NCBI GenBank assembly: GCA_963735805.1
Contig: CAVTMK010000002.1
Span: 640,001-704,000, forward strand
Length of the DNA: 64,000 nucleotides
Origin: an uncultured Verrucomicrobiae bacterium
GTDB lineage: Bacteria; Verrucomicrobiota; Verrucomicrobiia; Chthoniobacterales; UBA10450
Reading direction: 5' to 3'
Under the pieces are notes generated by a model. It saw nothing but the letters and a program-made list of their open reading frames with translations. It ran no database searches and had not been told where the DNA came from. The position numbers were made by a program, and so were the translations under genes. Numbering within the stretch: the stretch's first letter is position 1; each line of letters opens with the position of its first letter. Below are positions 48,224 to 57,630 of this stretch, one piece after another.

Positions 48224-48832
48224 CTACTTTTCCCAGGTTTTCTTTTGAAAGGAGGCCCGGCCCGATCCCTGCTCGAACGCTTCAAAATGTTCCGGGTTTT
48301 GCTGGTAGTATTTTTGATGATACGCCTCAGCCGGATAGAACTTCATCGCCGGCAGAATTTCGGTTACAATTGGCTTGTTGAATTTTCCTGAACGCCCCAG
48401 CTTCTCCTTTGAAGCCTCTGCGGTTTTCTTCTCTTGATCGCTGCTGTAAAAAATCGCCGCACGATAACTAGGTCCAACGTCAGTAAACTGTCCGTCCACT
48501 TGGGTTGGGTCGATTTGTCGCCAATAGATATCGAGCAACTGATCGTAGGAGATCTTTGCCGGATCGTACGTAATTTGGATCGATTCGCGGTAGCCGGTTT
48601 TTTCCGAGGAAACAAGTTCGTAGGTCGGGTTCGGTTCAGTCCCGCCGCAATAACCCACGACGCTCTTGATTACGCCTTTGGCTTTATCAAATGCCGGCTG
48701 AATGCACCAAAAGCAGCCGCCCGCGAAGATCGCGATCCGTGTTTCTGCAGGGGAATTTTGCCCCTGGCTACTTGCGATAGTGCCGGCAACAATCGCCACG
48801 TAACCTAGCCCGAGAAGAAAGATTCGCTTCAT
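48224..48832 (-). CDS. msrA: Peptide methionine sulfoxide reductase A with signal peptide
   Basis: FAGGCFWC, DPT...GQF-x-D-x-G-xx-YR, FYPAEAYHQKYY. Confidence 0.93.
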   Translation of the reverse strand: MKRIFLLGLGYVAIVAGTIASSQGQNSPAETRIAIFAGGCFWCIQPAFDKAKGVIKSVVGYCGGTEPNPTYELVSSEKTGYRESIQITYDPAKISYDQLLDIYWRQIDPTQVDGQFTDVGPSYRAAIFYSSDQEKKTAEASKEKLGRSGKFNKPIVTEILPAMKFYPAEAYHQKYYQQNPEHFEAFEQGSGRASFQKKTWEK

Positions 48833-49047
48833 AGTTTCGGTCTTTAGACACCCTTCTAGTCCGCACGTTGTGAATAACTCAGCTTATTTTTTGCTTGCCA
48901 TCAGCAGTGCGGCCGTCATAAACGGATTCCAGGTTTAGTGCCTCTGACGATAAAGTCACACTCTGATTTTCTCCTCAGCGTGCCTGCGAGTGAGGGTAGC
49001 TTAGCTCACCGCAGGCACGTCCATTATAGAAGGCGTCTCATAAATGT

Positions 49048-49147
49048 TGTAGTTGCCTCGCTGCGTCGAGGCGAGGTGTTTGGTCGAGGTTGCTGATTGT
49101 GGGCAAAGCGACAACCGGGAATGCGGGCAGGCTTTGCCGTGGCTACA
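49048..49147. repeat. GTAG-type REPIN (subfamily 2)
   Basis: tgtagttgcctcgctgcgtcgaggcg...ccgtggctaca; arms are near-identical to 57496-57569. Confidence 0.75.
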
Positions 49148-49161
49148 GCGCATATTACGAG

Positions 49162-49746
49162 ATGGCTTCTAGACTAGTTGCGCTTGATTCGCTGACTGAT
49201 CGCCTCGACGTGGAGAAGACTTTCGGACGCAAAGCGTCTTTGCGGGTCGATCTTGGGTGCGGCGACGGTTCATTTCTCTGCGCAATGGCGCAGCGAATGC
49301 CGGGCAACAATTTTCTCGGGATAGAACGGTTGCTCGATAGAGTGCGCGCTTCGGCGCGTAAAGCTGCGGCGCTGGACAATGTACGACTGTTGCGAATCGA
49401 AAGCTCCTACGCGGTGCGTTATCTGTTGCCGGCTGAATCAGTAGAAACATTTTATTTGTTGTTTCCGGATCCCTGGCCAAAACGCCGCCATCATGCGCGC
49501 CGCATCGTAACGCCGGATTTCCTAAGCTCGGTTCATGCTGCGCTCGAGAAAAATGGGAGCTTTTACGTTGCCACAGATGACGTCGATTACTTTCGAAAAA
49601 TCCAAGGGATCGCTAAATCAAATCCCGGTTTTGCAATCGATGACACTGTTGTCGATCTACCGCACAGCAAATTTGGGCTCATTTTCCGGAAACAAGGCGC
49701 GCCCGTTCATTGGTTGGCACTGCGAAAAGTTTCGCCAGTAAAATAG
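49162..49746 (+). CDS. trmB: tRNA (guanine-N7) methyltransferase
   Basis: DLGCGDG, FLGIE, FPDPWPKRRH, ATD. Confidence 0.92.
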   Translation: MASRLVALDSLTDRLDVEKTFGRKASLRVDLGCGDGSFLCAMAQRMPGNNFLGIERLLDRVRASARKAAALDNVRLLRIESSYAVRYLLPAESVETFYLLFPDPWPKRRHHARRIVTPDFLSSVHAALEKNGSFYVATDDVDYFRKIQGIAKSNPGFAIDDTVVDLPHSKFGLIFRKQGAPVHWLALRKVSPVK

Positions 49747-52007
49747 CTTTGCGCTTCCCATCCATCGTGGCCGAAGCGGAGCGTTACTGCGCCGGTTTCA
49801 TCCTGGCGAAAGAGTTTGATGCCGCGTTTTCGCAGATTTTCAGCCCAACTATCGCTGACTCGTTCGTACCCTGGGAAGTCGCGGGAAGTGGCGATAATCA
49901 GCCGCGGCCGGGTAGCGTCAAGGAAAACCTCAGAGCCGGACTCTCCAGAATGATGCTGACCTTTAATGATGATGTCGCTCTGAAGATTCAAACGACTGGC
50001 CAACAATATTTGTTCTGTTTTGATGCCGCTATCCGACATGAAGAGGATCGAGGCCCCTCGCGCTACCAACAAACGAATGACATACGCCTGATCGTCAGCG
50101 ATCGCGGAGCTAAAGTGCCGTGGAGGGAACAAGACGTGCGCAGTGACCTCGGGCGATAGATGAAAACTGTCTCCAGCAGTCAGATTGGCCAGTTTGATTC
50201 CGCGTTCCCGAAACAAACGTTGTAACTTCCTGTGAACAGTTGAGTGATCTGGCGCGGGATTATCGACGACACGGATTTGAGGAAAATCGCCCAGCAATTG
50301 TGCCGCGCCACCGAGGTGAAGCGCGTCGCCGTGAGTGAGCAGCAAGCCGGAAAGCCGATTCACACCTGCCCAGTGCAAATACTCGCGCACCACGCGCTGA
50401 TAAGTCAGGTCGTTACCGCAATCGAGCAACCAGTTCCCGCTGCCTCTTCGCAAGTGAACAGCCGCTCCAGCGCCGAGATCCAGGACCGTAATCTTAGCAA
50501 TGACCTTTTCGGGCCAATGCGGGTGTTCGACGTAAAAATGCCCACCGGGAACCTGCGCGAGGAGTTGCACGATCGCCAAAACAAGCTTTGCCAAAAGCCA
50601 GTTGGCGTTATTGAAGATTACCGCGAGCCCTGTCAGAAGCGGTGTCGACAGAAGCGAAAGAAGCGCGATGGCGAGAATGAAGAAAGCGATCGGCACGACG
50701 ATCAGGTTCGCCAGTAAGGAAATTGGCGTGACGATGTAGAAATACCACAGCACTAGCGGCAACGAACCGACCCACGCCGCGAGGGAAACACCGGCCCCAT
50801 CACATAGCCATTTGAAGCTGGCATGCATCCAACGCCGCGGACCTTGCAACAAGCTTTGTGGCAGGAACGGATCGGGAGCAGTCCAGCGCTGCAAACGTCC
50901 AGCAAATCGGTCGGTAAGCAATATGATGGCGCCCACGACCGCGAATGAGAGCTGAAAGCCGGCCGAAAAAAATTCATTCGTGTTCCAGGAAAGGAGAAAA
51001 AACGCAGCGGCAGCGAGGCTGTTGAGGACAAAAACCTTGCGTTCGAAAAACAAGCCACCCAACAAAATCGAACTCATGACCGCCGCGCGCACACTCGAAA
51101 CGTGCAGACCTGTCACTGCGGCGTAGAAGAGAAGGAGAGGTATGATGAGCGCGGCAGCCCATTTCGGTGAGAGCCGTGCGACCATCGCCAGCATCCACAA
51201 AAGGGCTGCAACAATTCCGACGTGCAAACCCGCAACAGCGAAAAGGTGAAGGGTGCCGGTTTGTTGAAATGGTTCCTCGATGTCTTCCGGTGTTTGGTGC
51301 CTGAGGCCCAGCACGATTCCATTCAGAAAATTTTGGACCTCAGGAGCATTCTCCAACCCTTTGTCGAGCGCGTTTTGCATCCACGCGCGCGACTTCTGAG
51401 CGAGACGCAAAATCGGGTTGCCGCCCCCGTGCCGAATGAGAGTCCCGTCTTCCGGATAACGAACAAAGAGCATTCGACGGACATCGCGACGTGCCAGATA
51501 AGAGCGCATGTCGAACTCGCCGGGATTTCGCGGTGGCGCGACGACTTCCGCGATTCCGAAAAACCTCACTTCATCACCAAATTCGGGGCTACCTTTCCAA
51601 CGAACCTGCCAGACGGCGCGCGTTGGTTCTTTCCTGCCTTCAAATTGAATTGACTTGAGCTTTAGCAGGAACGTTGCAAACCCGCTTGGCGCAATCCTTG
51701 GCCCAGTGATGACGCACCCGATGGCAGTGACAACTCGCGGCCGGTTGCCAAGTTCGTCAGCCAGTCGCCGGCCTTCCGTATTGCTTGTCTCAAGGTTGTG
51801 CAGCAGGAAAAAGCCAAACGCGACGACGAAGTAAGTCGCGAGCAGAGCAGGTCTGAACGCGACGATGACAATGCAGGACGCCAGAATGATCGTCACCATG
51901 ATCAAGACGGCATCGGGAAGGGGGAAGACGTCTGCGATGACAATTCCGATTGCGGCCACCAAAGCCAAACCAACAAACGGCTGACGCGGCCCGTTCAGGA
52001 ATTTCAT
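49707..52007 (-). CDS. comEC: ComEC/Rec2 competence protein
   Basis: RNPGEFD, HLFAVAGLHVG, GFQLSF and a metallo-beta-lactamase-like C-terminal domain. Confidence 0.92.
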   Translation of the reverse strand: MKFLNGPRQPFVGLALVAAIGIVIADVFPLPDAVLIMVTIILASCIVIVAFRPALLATYFVVAFGFFLLHNLETSNTEGRRLADELGNRPRVVTAIGCVITGPRIAPSGFATFLLKLKSIQFEGRKEPTRAVWQVRWKGSPEFGDEVRFFGIAEVVAPPRNPGEFDMRSYLARRDVRRMLFVRYPEDGTLIRHGGGNPILRLAQKSRAWMQNALDKGLENAPEVQNFLNGIVLGLRHQTPEDIEEPFQQTGTLHLFAVAGLHVGIVAALLWMLAMVARLSPKWAAALIIPLLLFYAAVTGLHVSSVRAAVMSSILLGGLFFERKVFVLNSLAAAAFFLLSWNTNEFFSAGFQLSFAVVGAIILLTDRFAGRLQRWTAPDPFLPQSLLQGPRRWMHASFKWLCDGAGVSLAAWVGSLPLVLWYFYIVTPISLLANLIVVPIAFFILAIALLSLLSTPLLTGLAVIFNNANWLLAKLVLAIVQLLAQVPGGHFYVEHPHWPEKVIAKITVLDLGAGAAVHLRRGSGNWLLDCGNDLTYQRVVREYLHWAGVNRLSGLLLTHGDALHLGGAAQLLGDFPQIRVVDNPAPDHSTVHRKLQRLFRERGIKLANLTAGDSFHLSPEVTAHVLFPPRHFSSAIADDQAYVIRLLVARGASILFMSDSGIKTEQILLASRLNLQSDIIIKGQHHSGESGSEVFLDATRPRLIIATSRDFPGYERVSDSWAENLRKRGIKLFRQDETGAVTLRFGHDGWEAQSYFTGETFRSANQ

Positions 52008-52080
52008 TATTCTGCTTTTCCTTTATTTCGTCGCCGCAACGCAAGCTCTTATAGAGCGGGATTGCTCGAGGTAAGGGCTG

Positions 52081-52163
52081 CTGTAGCCGCGGAGGTTGAC
52101 CGTGGCGATCCTTATCCGTGCGGGAAAACCCGAGAAAACCGAGGTCACCAACCTCGGCTGCAG
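52081..52163. repeat. Intergenic GTAG-family REPIN (same family as the polB inserts)
   Basis: ctgtagccgcggaggttgaccgtggc...ccgaggtcaccaacctcggctgcag. Confidence 0.75.
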
Positions 52164-52182
52164 TATCTATCAATTCTCTTGG

Positions 52183-52677
52183 CTAAGAGCGGGCTACCGG
52201 GACGAGGAGGACAGGACGTGTGCTGTGCTTCAATACGCCTTTAGCGGCGCTTCCTATCAGCAAGTTATACATCGCGCTGTGACCATGTGTGCCCATCACA
52301 ATCAGATCGGCGTTTACCTCATCCGCTTGATTCAAAATTTCTTCAGCTACTACGCCAGTCGGCTCGTGGAAGCTGACCTTGATACCGTCCTGGGCTATCT
52401 CTTCCTGCCATTTGGCCAGCTTGGACTTCTGACCTTCATCCTCTGCGATTGTCTCCGGCGTCGGTTGAAATCCTGGAACTGGCACGCCGGCCATGGGTGC
52501 AAGCTCAGACATCCCCGCGAGACCGTAACCAAGGGTGCCCGACGCTCCTGCTGCAGTGAGGTCTTTCACATGGACAAGATGAATCTCCGCATGAAAAACC
52601 CTGGCAAACTGGCGCGCTAAATTGATCACCGGCGTTGTGACGTCGGAAAAATCGATCGGAACGAGAATTCGTTTCAT
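52183..52677 (-). CDS. Universal stress protein
   Basis: ILVPIDFS, DLIVMGTHG...IGS, PVLLVP. Confidence 0.92.
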   Translation of the reverse strand: MKRILVPIDFSDVTTPVINLARQFARVFHAEIHLVHVKDLTAAGASGTLGYGLAGMSELAPMAGVPVPGFQPTPETIAEDEGQKSKLAKWQEEIAQDGIKVSFHEPTGVVAEEILNQADEVNADLIVMGTHGHSAMYNLLIGSAAKGVLKHSTRPVLLVPVARS

Positions 52678-52808
52678 TCCTCTTCGAGCTTAGCTGGCGT
52701 GTTGCCCTATCTCAAGATCGGAACGCTACACGATGCAGACAATCCGGTCAGGTTGTCACGAGTTGCAGAGAGGATTGCCTGCCTCACGCGCGCGCCGTAA
52801 TTTCCGCT

Positions 52809-53981
52809 GTGCAGGACCTCTTCGAGGATGGAGAAGATATCGAAGTCGAGCGCATGGACAGTGCGCCGCTTGCGACCCGTATGCGTCCGCGATCGCTCGA
52901 TGAGCTTGTCGGTCAGGAGCACATTTTAGCGCCTGGTAAACTGTTGCGCCGTGCCATCGAAGCCGATCGTTTGCCGTCCGTGATTTTCTCCGGGCCGCCC
53001 GGTAGCGGTAAGACCACACTAGCCCGAATCATTGCGGAGATGACGCACGCAAAATTCATTCGGATCAGCGGGGTGGAAAGTAATGTCGCCGAGATGCGCC
53101 GTGTCATCGCAGCGGCCACGAATCGCCTCCGCACATCTGGGCGAAAAACGATTTTATTCATTGACGAGATCCATCATTTCAACAAAGCCCAACAAGATAT
53201 TCTTTTGCCCGACGTCGAAGCAGGAACTCTTCGCCTGATTGGCGCGACCACCTACAATCCATTCTTTTATGTAAACAACGCGCTCGTGTCGCGTTCGCAG
53301 GTTTTTCGACTTGAATCGCTCACCGTGGACCAACTGGAAGTGTTGATCAATCGCGCACTGGCCGACAAAGAGCGCGGACTTGGAAATTACAAAGTGAAGA
53401 TGGATAAGAACGCGCAACGGCATCTGGCAAAGTTGAGCGATGGTGACGCGCGCAAATGTTTAAACGCGCTGGAGATCGGGGTTCTTACTACCCCGACGAA
53501 GGGAAATGACGGCGCAATTCATTTCACCCTTCAGGTGGCCGAAGAAAGCATTCAACAAAAAGCCGTCGTGTACGATCGTGCTGGTGATGCGCACTATGAC
53601 ACGATTAGCGCGTTCATTAAGAGCATGCGGGCATCAGATAAAAAAGGCGCGATGTACTGGCTCGCGAAAATGTTGCATGCTGGCGAAGATTTCCGTTTCA
53701 TCGCGCGGCGAATCGTGATTTTTGCGAGCGAAGACATCGGCCTCGCCGATCCGGAAGCGCTGCCACTGGCAATTGCGGCGCAACAAGCGGTGGAATTTGT
53801 CGGTATGCCCGAAGCGCGAATCCCACTGGCTCATGCCACCGCTTACATGTGTCGGGCCGCGAAAAGTCGGGAAGCGTATAATGAGCTGAATGCCGCGACC
53901 GAGAAGGTCGAAATGGAACAAACCAAGCAGGTCCCCGAAAATCTTAAGAATAAACATTTCCCGGTGAATCCCGAAGAGTAA
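52809..53981 (+). CDS. rarA: Replication-associated recombination protein A
   Basis: PLATRMRP, GPPGSGKTT, FIDEIH, ISAFIKSMR, ASEDIGLADP. Confidence 0.93.
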   Translation: MQDLFEDGEDIEVERMDSAPLATRMRPRSLDELVGQEHILAPGKLLRRAIEADRLPSVIFSGPPGSGKTTLARIIAEMTHAKFIRISGVESNVAEMRRVIAAATNRLRTSGRKTILFIDEIHHFNKAQQDILLPDVEAGTLRLIGATTYNPFFYVNNALVSRSQVFRLESLTVDQLEVLINRALADKERGLGNYKVKMDKNAQRHLAKLSDGDARKCLNALEIGVLTTPTKGNDGAIHFTLQVAEESIQQKAVVYDRAGDAHYDTISAFIKSMRASDKKGAMYWLAKMLHAGEDFRFIARRIVIFASEDIGLADPEALPLAIAAQQAVEFVGMPEARIPLAHATAYMCRAAKSREAYNELNAATEKVEMEQTKQVPENLKNKHFPVNPEE

Positions 53982-54086
53982 GCGGCTCCAGGCATCTGTT
54001 CATTCGAGTACTTCGCGCTTCACCTGCGCAACAAGCGAACAGGAAGCTTCGTTTTTCTTGCTGACTTCTGTAGAAGTTCTTTTGAT

Positions 54087-54953
54087 ATGCACCAATCAGG
54101 GAAGGAGATTGAATCCGGCAGACCGGTGACGCGTTTTCTGCGACTGATTCGTTTTTCACATACAATTTTCGCGCTTCCATTTGCTCTGGGCGCGCTTGTC
54201 GTAGCGGCGAACGGTTGGCCGTCGGTGAGAATTTTGGTTCTGGTTATGGTCTGCATGGTGTTTGCACGCACTGCAGCGATGCTTTTCAATCGACTGGTTG
54301 ACTGGTCTCTCGATCAGCGCAATCCGCGCACGGCTTCGCGGCATCTCCTTGTCTCCAAGTCAGGAGCGATGGCTTTGCTTGCAGTTAGTTCTGGCGGTTT
54401 TCTCCTGACAGCGGCCGCAATCAATCGATTGACTTTGGTTCTTGCACCAATTGCTCTGACGCTGATTTTCTTCTATTCGCTGACAAAACGGTTCACGAGT
54501 GCAACGCACTTTTTCCTCGGCCTCGCGCTGGCTGTCGCACCGATCGGCGCATGGATCGCGCAGACCGGACGAATCGATCTCGCCCCGATCGTGCTTGGGT
54601 CAGGCGTAATTTGCTGGGTCGCCGGATTCGATCTCATTTACGCTACGCAAGATTACGATTTCGATCGCCGCGAAGGTATTCGGTCACTTGTTGTGAAGCT
54701 CGGGATCGCCAGGAGTCTTCGTCTGGCGCAGCTATTACATCTCCTCACGTTTGTAGCGCTTATTTTCTTTGGTGTAGTAGCGCAGCTCGGCGGGCTTTAT
54801 TACTGGTCGATGCCACTCATTGCAGCCGCGCTTTTTTACGAACACAAAACCGAGAAGCTCGATCTATCTGGCATCAATCGGGCTTTTTTTCAAAGCAACG
54901 CCTTCGTTAGTGCAGTGTTTCTTGTCGCAGTCTGCGTGGACCGATTGCGCTAG
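54087..54953 (+). CDS. UbiA-family prenyltransferase (MqnP-like)
   Basis: HTIFALPFA, NRLVD...DQRNPRT, YSLTKRF, FDLIYATQD. Start may be GTG 54126. Confidence 0.88.
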   Translation: MHQSGKEIESGRPVTRFLRLIRFSHTIFALPFALGALVVAANGWPSVRILVLVMVCMVFARTAAMLFNRLVDWSLDQRNPRTASRHLLVSKSGAMALLAVSSGGFLLTAAAINRLTLVLAPIALTLIFFYSLTKRFTSATHFFLGLALAVAPIGAWIAQTGRIDLAPIVLGSGVICWVAGFDLIYATQDYDFDRREGIRSLVVKLGIARSLRLAQLLHLLTFVALIFFGVVAQLGGLYYWSMPLIAAALFYEHKTEKLDLSGINRAFFQSNAFVSAVFLVAVCVDRLR

Positions 54954-54992
54954 CCTTGATCTCCCGAGGCGGTTCCAGTGAACCGTCCCTCC

Positions 54993-55424
54993 CTACATTG
55001 CGTTTAACATCGCCACGCGCCTCTCATGGCGTCCCCCGTCAAACCCTGTTTCCAGCCAGATCTGCACAATTTCCAGCGCGAGATCTTGCGGGATCAGACG
55101 TTCGCCCATGGAAAGGACGTTGGCGTCATTGTGTTGTCGTGAAAGCCGCGCTGACTCCTCGCTCCAACAAAGCGCACAGCGCACGCCGTGGACCTTGTTT
55201 GCTACCATTGCTTCGCCGTTGCCCGAACCGCCGAACACGATGCCGCGCTCGCATTCGCCGCGAGCAACTGCTTCTGCAGCAGGTCGAATGAAAAGCGGAT
55301 AATCCACTGGATCCTCGCTAAACGTACCGCAGTCTTTTACTTCGTGACCGAGCGAGTTGAGCAGTTCTTTTACCTTTTCCTTGTAGCGAAAACCTGCGTG
55401 ATCTGAACCGAGAGAAATCTTCAT
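54993..55424 (-). CDS. rpiB: Ribose-5-phosphate isomerase B
   Basis: GSDHAG, VDYP, GSGNG...ANKV, HNDAN, FDGGRHERR. Confidence 0.94.
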   Translation of the reverse strand: MKISLGSDHAGFRYKEKVKELLNSLGHEVKDCGTFSEDPVDYPLFIRPAAEAVARGECERGIVFGGSGNGEAMVANKVHGVRCALCWSEESARLSRQHNDANVLSMGERLIPQDLALEIVQIWLETGFDGGRHERRVAMLNAM

Positions 55425-55539
55425 GGATGTTTCATTGCAAGCTGGGTCGAGAAATCTCTAATTGTTTCCATCGATTGCGTCGAGCAGAAAGACAATAGTA
55501 GTCTAGCGGTGGCGACAAACTTCGCTCGACATCACAATG

Positions 55540-56499
55540 CTACCCACCGTGCAGTTTTGCCAGTTCGTTCCAGAGTTCGCGTTCGCGTTCGCTCAGTTTC
55601 TTCGGCACGTTGATCTGAACTTCTACGTAAAGATCGCCGCGCTTTCCCGAGACCCCTGCTAATCCGCGTTCTCGCAGCCGAAATCGCTGACCGCCCTGAG
55701 TACCTGGCGGAATTTTCAGCCGGACCTTTCCTTCGAGAGTTGGCACGAGCAATTCGCTTCCGAGCACTACGCGCCACGGTTCAATTTTCACCTCATGGAC
55801 CAAATCGCTGCCCTCGACCGAAAAATCGGGGTGGCGCGCAAGCCGTACGCGCAGGAAAAGATCACCGCTTTTCCCTCCGCGCGCGCCGGCTTCTCCCTGG
55901 CCCGCCAGACGGATTCGCTGGCCCTCACGAACGCCCCGTGGGATTTTGACCTGATAATTTTCAACTTTATTTGAGCCTGCCCGGCGCAGGGAGACCGTTC
56001 GCGTAGATCCGTTCAGCGCTTCTTCAAGCGTGACCATGATATCGGCCTCGACATCGGCTCCGCGTTCAGCCGTCGCCTGGCGTCCGCCAAATCCGCCGAA
56101 AGCCGACCGACCGCGGCCACCACCAAAAAACGCTTCGAAAAAGTCGCTGAATCCAGTGCCGCCGAATTCAAATTGAACTCCGCCGCCATCGCCGCCCCAT
56201 TGATAATATCCGCCCGGCTGTTGTTGTGGCCCCCGTTCGTAGCCTGGTGGCGGCTGGAATCCGCCGGGCTGGTTCCAATCTGCGCCGAGTTGATCGTATT
56301 TTCTTCGTTTCTCAGGGTCGCCTAATACTTCGTACGCTTCATTGATCTCCTTGAATTTTTCTTCTGCGACCTTTTTGTCTTTGGCGACATCGGGATGGTA
56401 TTTGCGCGCCAGCTTGCGAAAAGCGCTGCGAATCTCGTCTTCGGTCGCCGTCTTCGGCACGCCGAGCGTCTCGTAGTAATCTCGGAATTGTACGGGCAT
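55540..56499 (-). CDS. DnaJ-class chaperone without zinc finger (CbpA-like)
   Basis: J domain with HPD, G/F-rich region and DnaJ C-terminal domain; no CxxCxGxG repeats. Confidence 0.92.
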   Translation of the reverse strand: MPVQFRDYYETLGVPKTATEDEIRSAFRKLARKYHPDVAKDKKVAEEKFKEINEAYEVLGDPEKRRKYDQLGADWNQPGGFQPPPGYERGPQQQPGGYYQWGGDGGGVQFEFGGTGFSDFFEAFFGGGRGRSAFGGFGGRQATAERGADVEADIMVTLEEALNGSTRTVSLRRAGSNKVENYQVKIPRGVREGQRIRLAGQGEAGARGGKSGDLFLRVRLARHPDFSVEGSDLVHEVKIEPWRVVLGSELLVPTLEGKVRLKIPPGTQGGQRFRLRERGLAGVSGKRGDLYVEVQINVPKKLSERERELWNELAKLHGG

Positions 56500-56546
56500 T
56501 AACCCCAAAGCTTGTGCCTCCGGTTGATTCGCGCAACTTTTGGATA

Positions 56547-56759
56547 ATGCGCGAGCTGGGCAAATTCGTTGCCATCATTGGCGGGGTCATTACGCTGGTC
56601 GGATTAGTGATGTGGAGCGGGTTTGGGCCGAGATGGCTGGGACGATTCCCCGGCGACATCCGAATTGAGCGCGAGCATTCTGCGTTTTATTTTCCGATCG
56701 TCACCTGCGTAATCCTAAGCATTCTGCTCAGCTTGCTATTGTCGATCTTCCGCCGCTAG
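56547..56759 (+). CDS. DUF2905-family small membrane protein
   Basis: LGRFPGDIRI...FYFPIVTC. Confidence 0.85.
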   Translation: MRELGKFVAIIGGVITLVGLVMWSGFGPRWLGRFPGDIRIEREHSAFYFPIVTCVILSILLSLLLSIFRR

Positions 56760-57470
56760 GTGGATCGGCTTCTCCAGAAGACGATGGCGAAAGATTCGCC
56801 GAAGGCGCAATGTTCCAGCATCGTGGTCAGAGTAAACCGACAGAAATTGCTAGAGCGGCATATTGTCCAACTGCTGCGCTGCCGCCGGTGCCCGCGGATG
56901 AAATCAACGCCAGTCTCCGGTGGCGCAATTGTGAGTGATATAATGATCATTGGTCAGGCACCGGGTCCGCGGGAACCGGTTTTGCAAAGGCCGTTTGCTC
57001 ATACTGCTGGCAAGACGCTTTTCCGCTGGTTCGAGGAATTCTGTGGTATGAATGAAGCCGCGGTTCGATCGAAAATTTATTTCGCAGCCGTCTGTCGCTG
57101 TTTTCCTGGAAAGAACTCGGGCGGCTCAGACCGTGTTCCGGCTCCGGATGAAATCCGCAACTGCTCTTCCTGGATGAATGATGAAATCGAAATTCTGCGG
57201 CCGCGCCTCGTTATTCCTGTAGGCCGGCTGGCCATCGTGCAATTCATTGACTGCGCGAAGTTGGAAAAAGTGATCGGTCGCAGATTTCGTGTCGAGCGAG
57301 CACAACGCTTTTTCGATTTGATTCCGCTTCCCCATCCATCCGGCGCGTCGCCCTGGCATAAGATTGCCCCAGGAAAAGATTTACTCGGACGCGCGCTGAA
57401 ACTGATTGCGCGCCATTCAGCTGTAGCCGCGTTAGGTGGGCGAAGCCATGCGAAGAGCCGAAAGGGATGA
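56760..57470 (+). CDS. Uracil-DNA glycosylase family protein (true start probably downstream)
   Basis: CRRC, IGQAPG, CRCFPG, PHPSGAS. The 5' part of the ORF lies within a REP-like element. Confidence 0.82.
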   Translation: MDRLLQKTMAKDSPKAQCSSIVVRVNRQKLLERHIVQLLRCRRCPRMKSTPVSGGAIVSDIMIIGQAPGPREPVLQRPFAHTAGKTLFRWFEEFCGMNEAAVRSKIYFAAVCRCFPGKNSGGSDRVPAPDEIRNCSSWMNDEIEILRPRLVIPVGRLAIVQFIDCAKLEKVIGRRFRVERAQRFFDLIPLPHPSGASPWHKIAPGKDLLGRALKLIARHSAVAALGGRSHAKSRKG

Positions 57471-57495
57471 GAACGAACGACCACGGCACGAATGT

Positions 57496-57569
57496 TGTAG
57501 TCGCCTCGCCGTGTCGAGGCGGTCCTGGATATTGGCAATTGCGCACGGCGACACAGACCCGTGGCTACA
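57496..57569. repeat. GTAG-type REPIN (subfamily 2)
   Basis: tgtagtcgcctcgccgtgtcgaggcg...cacggcgacacagacccgtggctaca. Confidence 0.75.
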
Positions 57570-57630
57570 GTGCATTTTTCAAGATGATTGCGCTGGTTGG
57601 TTAGGACTGTTTTAGTGCCGACGTGAAATT

